Part shown: positions 29,117 to 30,551 of the stretch, one piece after another
How positions within the stretch are numbered: position 1 is the first letter of the stretch
Layout of the letters: each line of letters opens with the position of its first letter
Source of the DNA: Elusimicrobiota bacterium
GTDB taxonomy: Bacteria > Elusimicrobiota > Elusimicrobia > UBA1565
Length of the DNA stretch: 30,551 nucleotides
Assembly: GCA_043819795.1 (NCBI GenBank)
Contig: JBDREN010000092.1
Location: 1-30,551 of the forward strand
Reading direction: 5' to 3'
Translations under genes and position numbers: made by a program
The notes under the pieces: model-generated
The model's database searches: none
What the model was told of the DNA's origin: nothing
Seen by the model: only the letters and a program-made list of their open reading frames with translations

Positions 29117-30551
29117 TACTACTGTGTCATAAATATGCGACAATGTACGCATGGCAAAGGAAACCGAGTTGGAGCGTTACATGTCGTACCTATGCGAAGC
29201 GTTGGGGCATGCGGACCGGCATCAGAGCCTGGGTGATTACTGCCGCGGCTTGATGCTGCCGATCGAGCGAAAGAGCGTGGAGCCTCTGGCCGCGCATGTT
29301 GAGCCTTATCGAGTAAGTGCCAAGCATCAATCGCTGCACCACTTCGTAGCGAAGTCCGAATGGTCGGACGAGTCGATGCTCGAGCGTGTTCGAGATTGGG
29401 TGGTGTCGCGCATGCATCTAAAGGCGGGGTCGTTCTGGATCGTGGACGACACGGGCTTTCCGAAGAAGGGCAAGCATTCGGTGGGCGTAGCCCGTCAATA
29501 CTGTGGACAGTTGGGCAAGCAGGATAACTGCCAAGTGGCGGTGAGCCTGTCGGTGGCCAGCGAGGAAGCGAGTCTGCCGGTGGCTTATCGTCTGTATCTT
29601 CCAGAACAATGGGCAGGGGATCAGGAACGCCGCGATAAGACGGGTGTGCCCGATGGGATAGAATTCAAAACCAAGCCGGAGATCGCCTTGGAGCAGATCC
29701 GTCGGGCCAAGGAGTCGGGGCTGACGCCTGGAGTAGTGCTGGCCGACGCAGCCTATGGGACCGATACGTCATTTCGAGAGGAGATCACGCGACTTGAATT
29801 GCCGTATTGTGTCGGGGTGCAACCTGGGGTGAGCGTTTGGGCGCCGGGGACCCAACCGTTGCCGGCAAAGCCGCGTCAGAAGATGGGGCGTCCGCCAACA
29901 CTCCTGCGGCGCGGCCCTGGGCACGAGCCCGTAAGTGTGAAGACGCTGGCGCAGGGGCTTAACAAGAAGAGCTGGCGGACGGTTTGCTGGCGCGAGGGTA
30001 GCGCGGGGAAGAAGAGATCGCGCTTTGCGGCCGTGCGGGTACGTCCGGCTCACCGAGATAACTGGCGAGAGCGCCTACGCGAGCAGGAGTGGTTACTTGT
30101 AGAGTGGCCAAAGGGGGAAGTGGAGCCGACGAAATACTGGCTGTCGACGCTACCCGCCAACATGAGTCGCAAAAAATTGGTGAAGACGGCAAAGATGCGC
30201 TGGCGCATCGAGCGGGACTATCAGGAGCTTAAACAGGAGCTCGGCTTAGGCCACTATGAGGGACGCGGCTGGCGCGGCTTCCACCATCACGCGACCTTGA
30301 CCATTGCGGCCTACGGATTCCTGGCGGCGCAGCGTTTGTCGTCCGGTGGCGTCAAAAAAAACATCGTTCGACCAAAGGCGCCTGCCCTACCCGAGGATTA
30401 CACGCCGCGCGGTTGCGGGACGAACGCAGCGCCACGTTCCCGACTCAATTGCGACCTTGCGTTATCTGATCGCCCGCAGGATCGCGCGCGAACTGCCTCG
30501 CTGTCCCGGCTGCGGGTTGAGGGCATCCCGTTTATGACACAGTAGTACTAG
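29113..30551 (+). mobile_element. Complete IS701 family insertion sequence including CTAG target duplications
   Basis: CTAG at 29113-29116 and 30548-30551; 17-bp perfect IRs TACTACTGTGTCATAAA 29117-29133 / 30531-30547; lower GC than host genes. Confidence 0.95.
29151..30545 (+). CDS. IS701 family DDE transposase
   Basis: RKSVEPLA, VDDTGFPKKG..SVGVARQYCGQLGKQDNCQ, LADAAYG, RWRIERDYQELKQELGL. Confidence 0.95.
   Translation: MAKETELERYMSYLCEALGHADRHQSLGDYCRGLMLPIERKSVEPLAAHVEPYRVSAKHQSLHHFVAKSEWSDESMLERVRDWVVSRMHLKAGSFWIVDDTGFPKKGKHSVGVARQYCGQLGKQDNCQVAVSLSVASEEASLPVAYRLYLPEQWAGDQERRDKTGVPDGIEFKTKPEIALEQIRRAKESGLTPGVVLADAAYGTDTSFREEITRLELPYCVGVQPGVSVWAPGTQPLPAKPRQKMGRPPTLLRRGPGHEPVSVKTLAQGLNKKSWRTVCWREGSAGKKRSRFAAVRVRPAHRDNWRERLREQEWLLVEWPKGEVEPTKYWLSTLPANMSRKKLVKTAKMRWRIERDYQELKQELGLGHYEGRGWRGFHHHATLTIAAYGFLAAQRLSSGGVKKNIVRPKAPALPEDYTPRGCGTNAAPRSRLNCDLALSDRPQDRARTASLSRLRVEGIPFMTQ

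Overview
High-GC (~68-70%) bacterial chromosome segment; the pilin, S8/FlgD-Ig and O-antigen-ligase/TPR gene styles suggest Elusimicrobia (inference). 1-8.3 kb: type IV pilus/T2SS cluster (partial response regulator, pilB, pilC, three minor pilins, GT-C membrane protein) facing pilA-pilD. 8.3-13.3 kb: second GT-C protein, tRNA-Leu(CAG), smpB, O-antigen ligase/TPR protein, and an outer-membrane protein with three tandem DnaA boxes behind its promoter. 13.3-26.4 kb: a tightly coupled minus-strand run (HAD, S8 protease, DUF192, methylmalonyl-CoA mutase large subunit, second pilB, degenerate GAF/HD-GYP, B12-binding subunit, meaB, mce, carboxyltransferase, and an O-antigen ligase/TPR gene fused to a malate dehydrogenase C-terminal remnant). 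26.4-30.6 kb: GT9, GT4, and a DUF559 gene cut by a complete IS701 element. Several families of short palindromic elements lie between and inside genes. All assignments are from motif recognition by eye; no searches were run.
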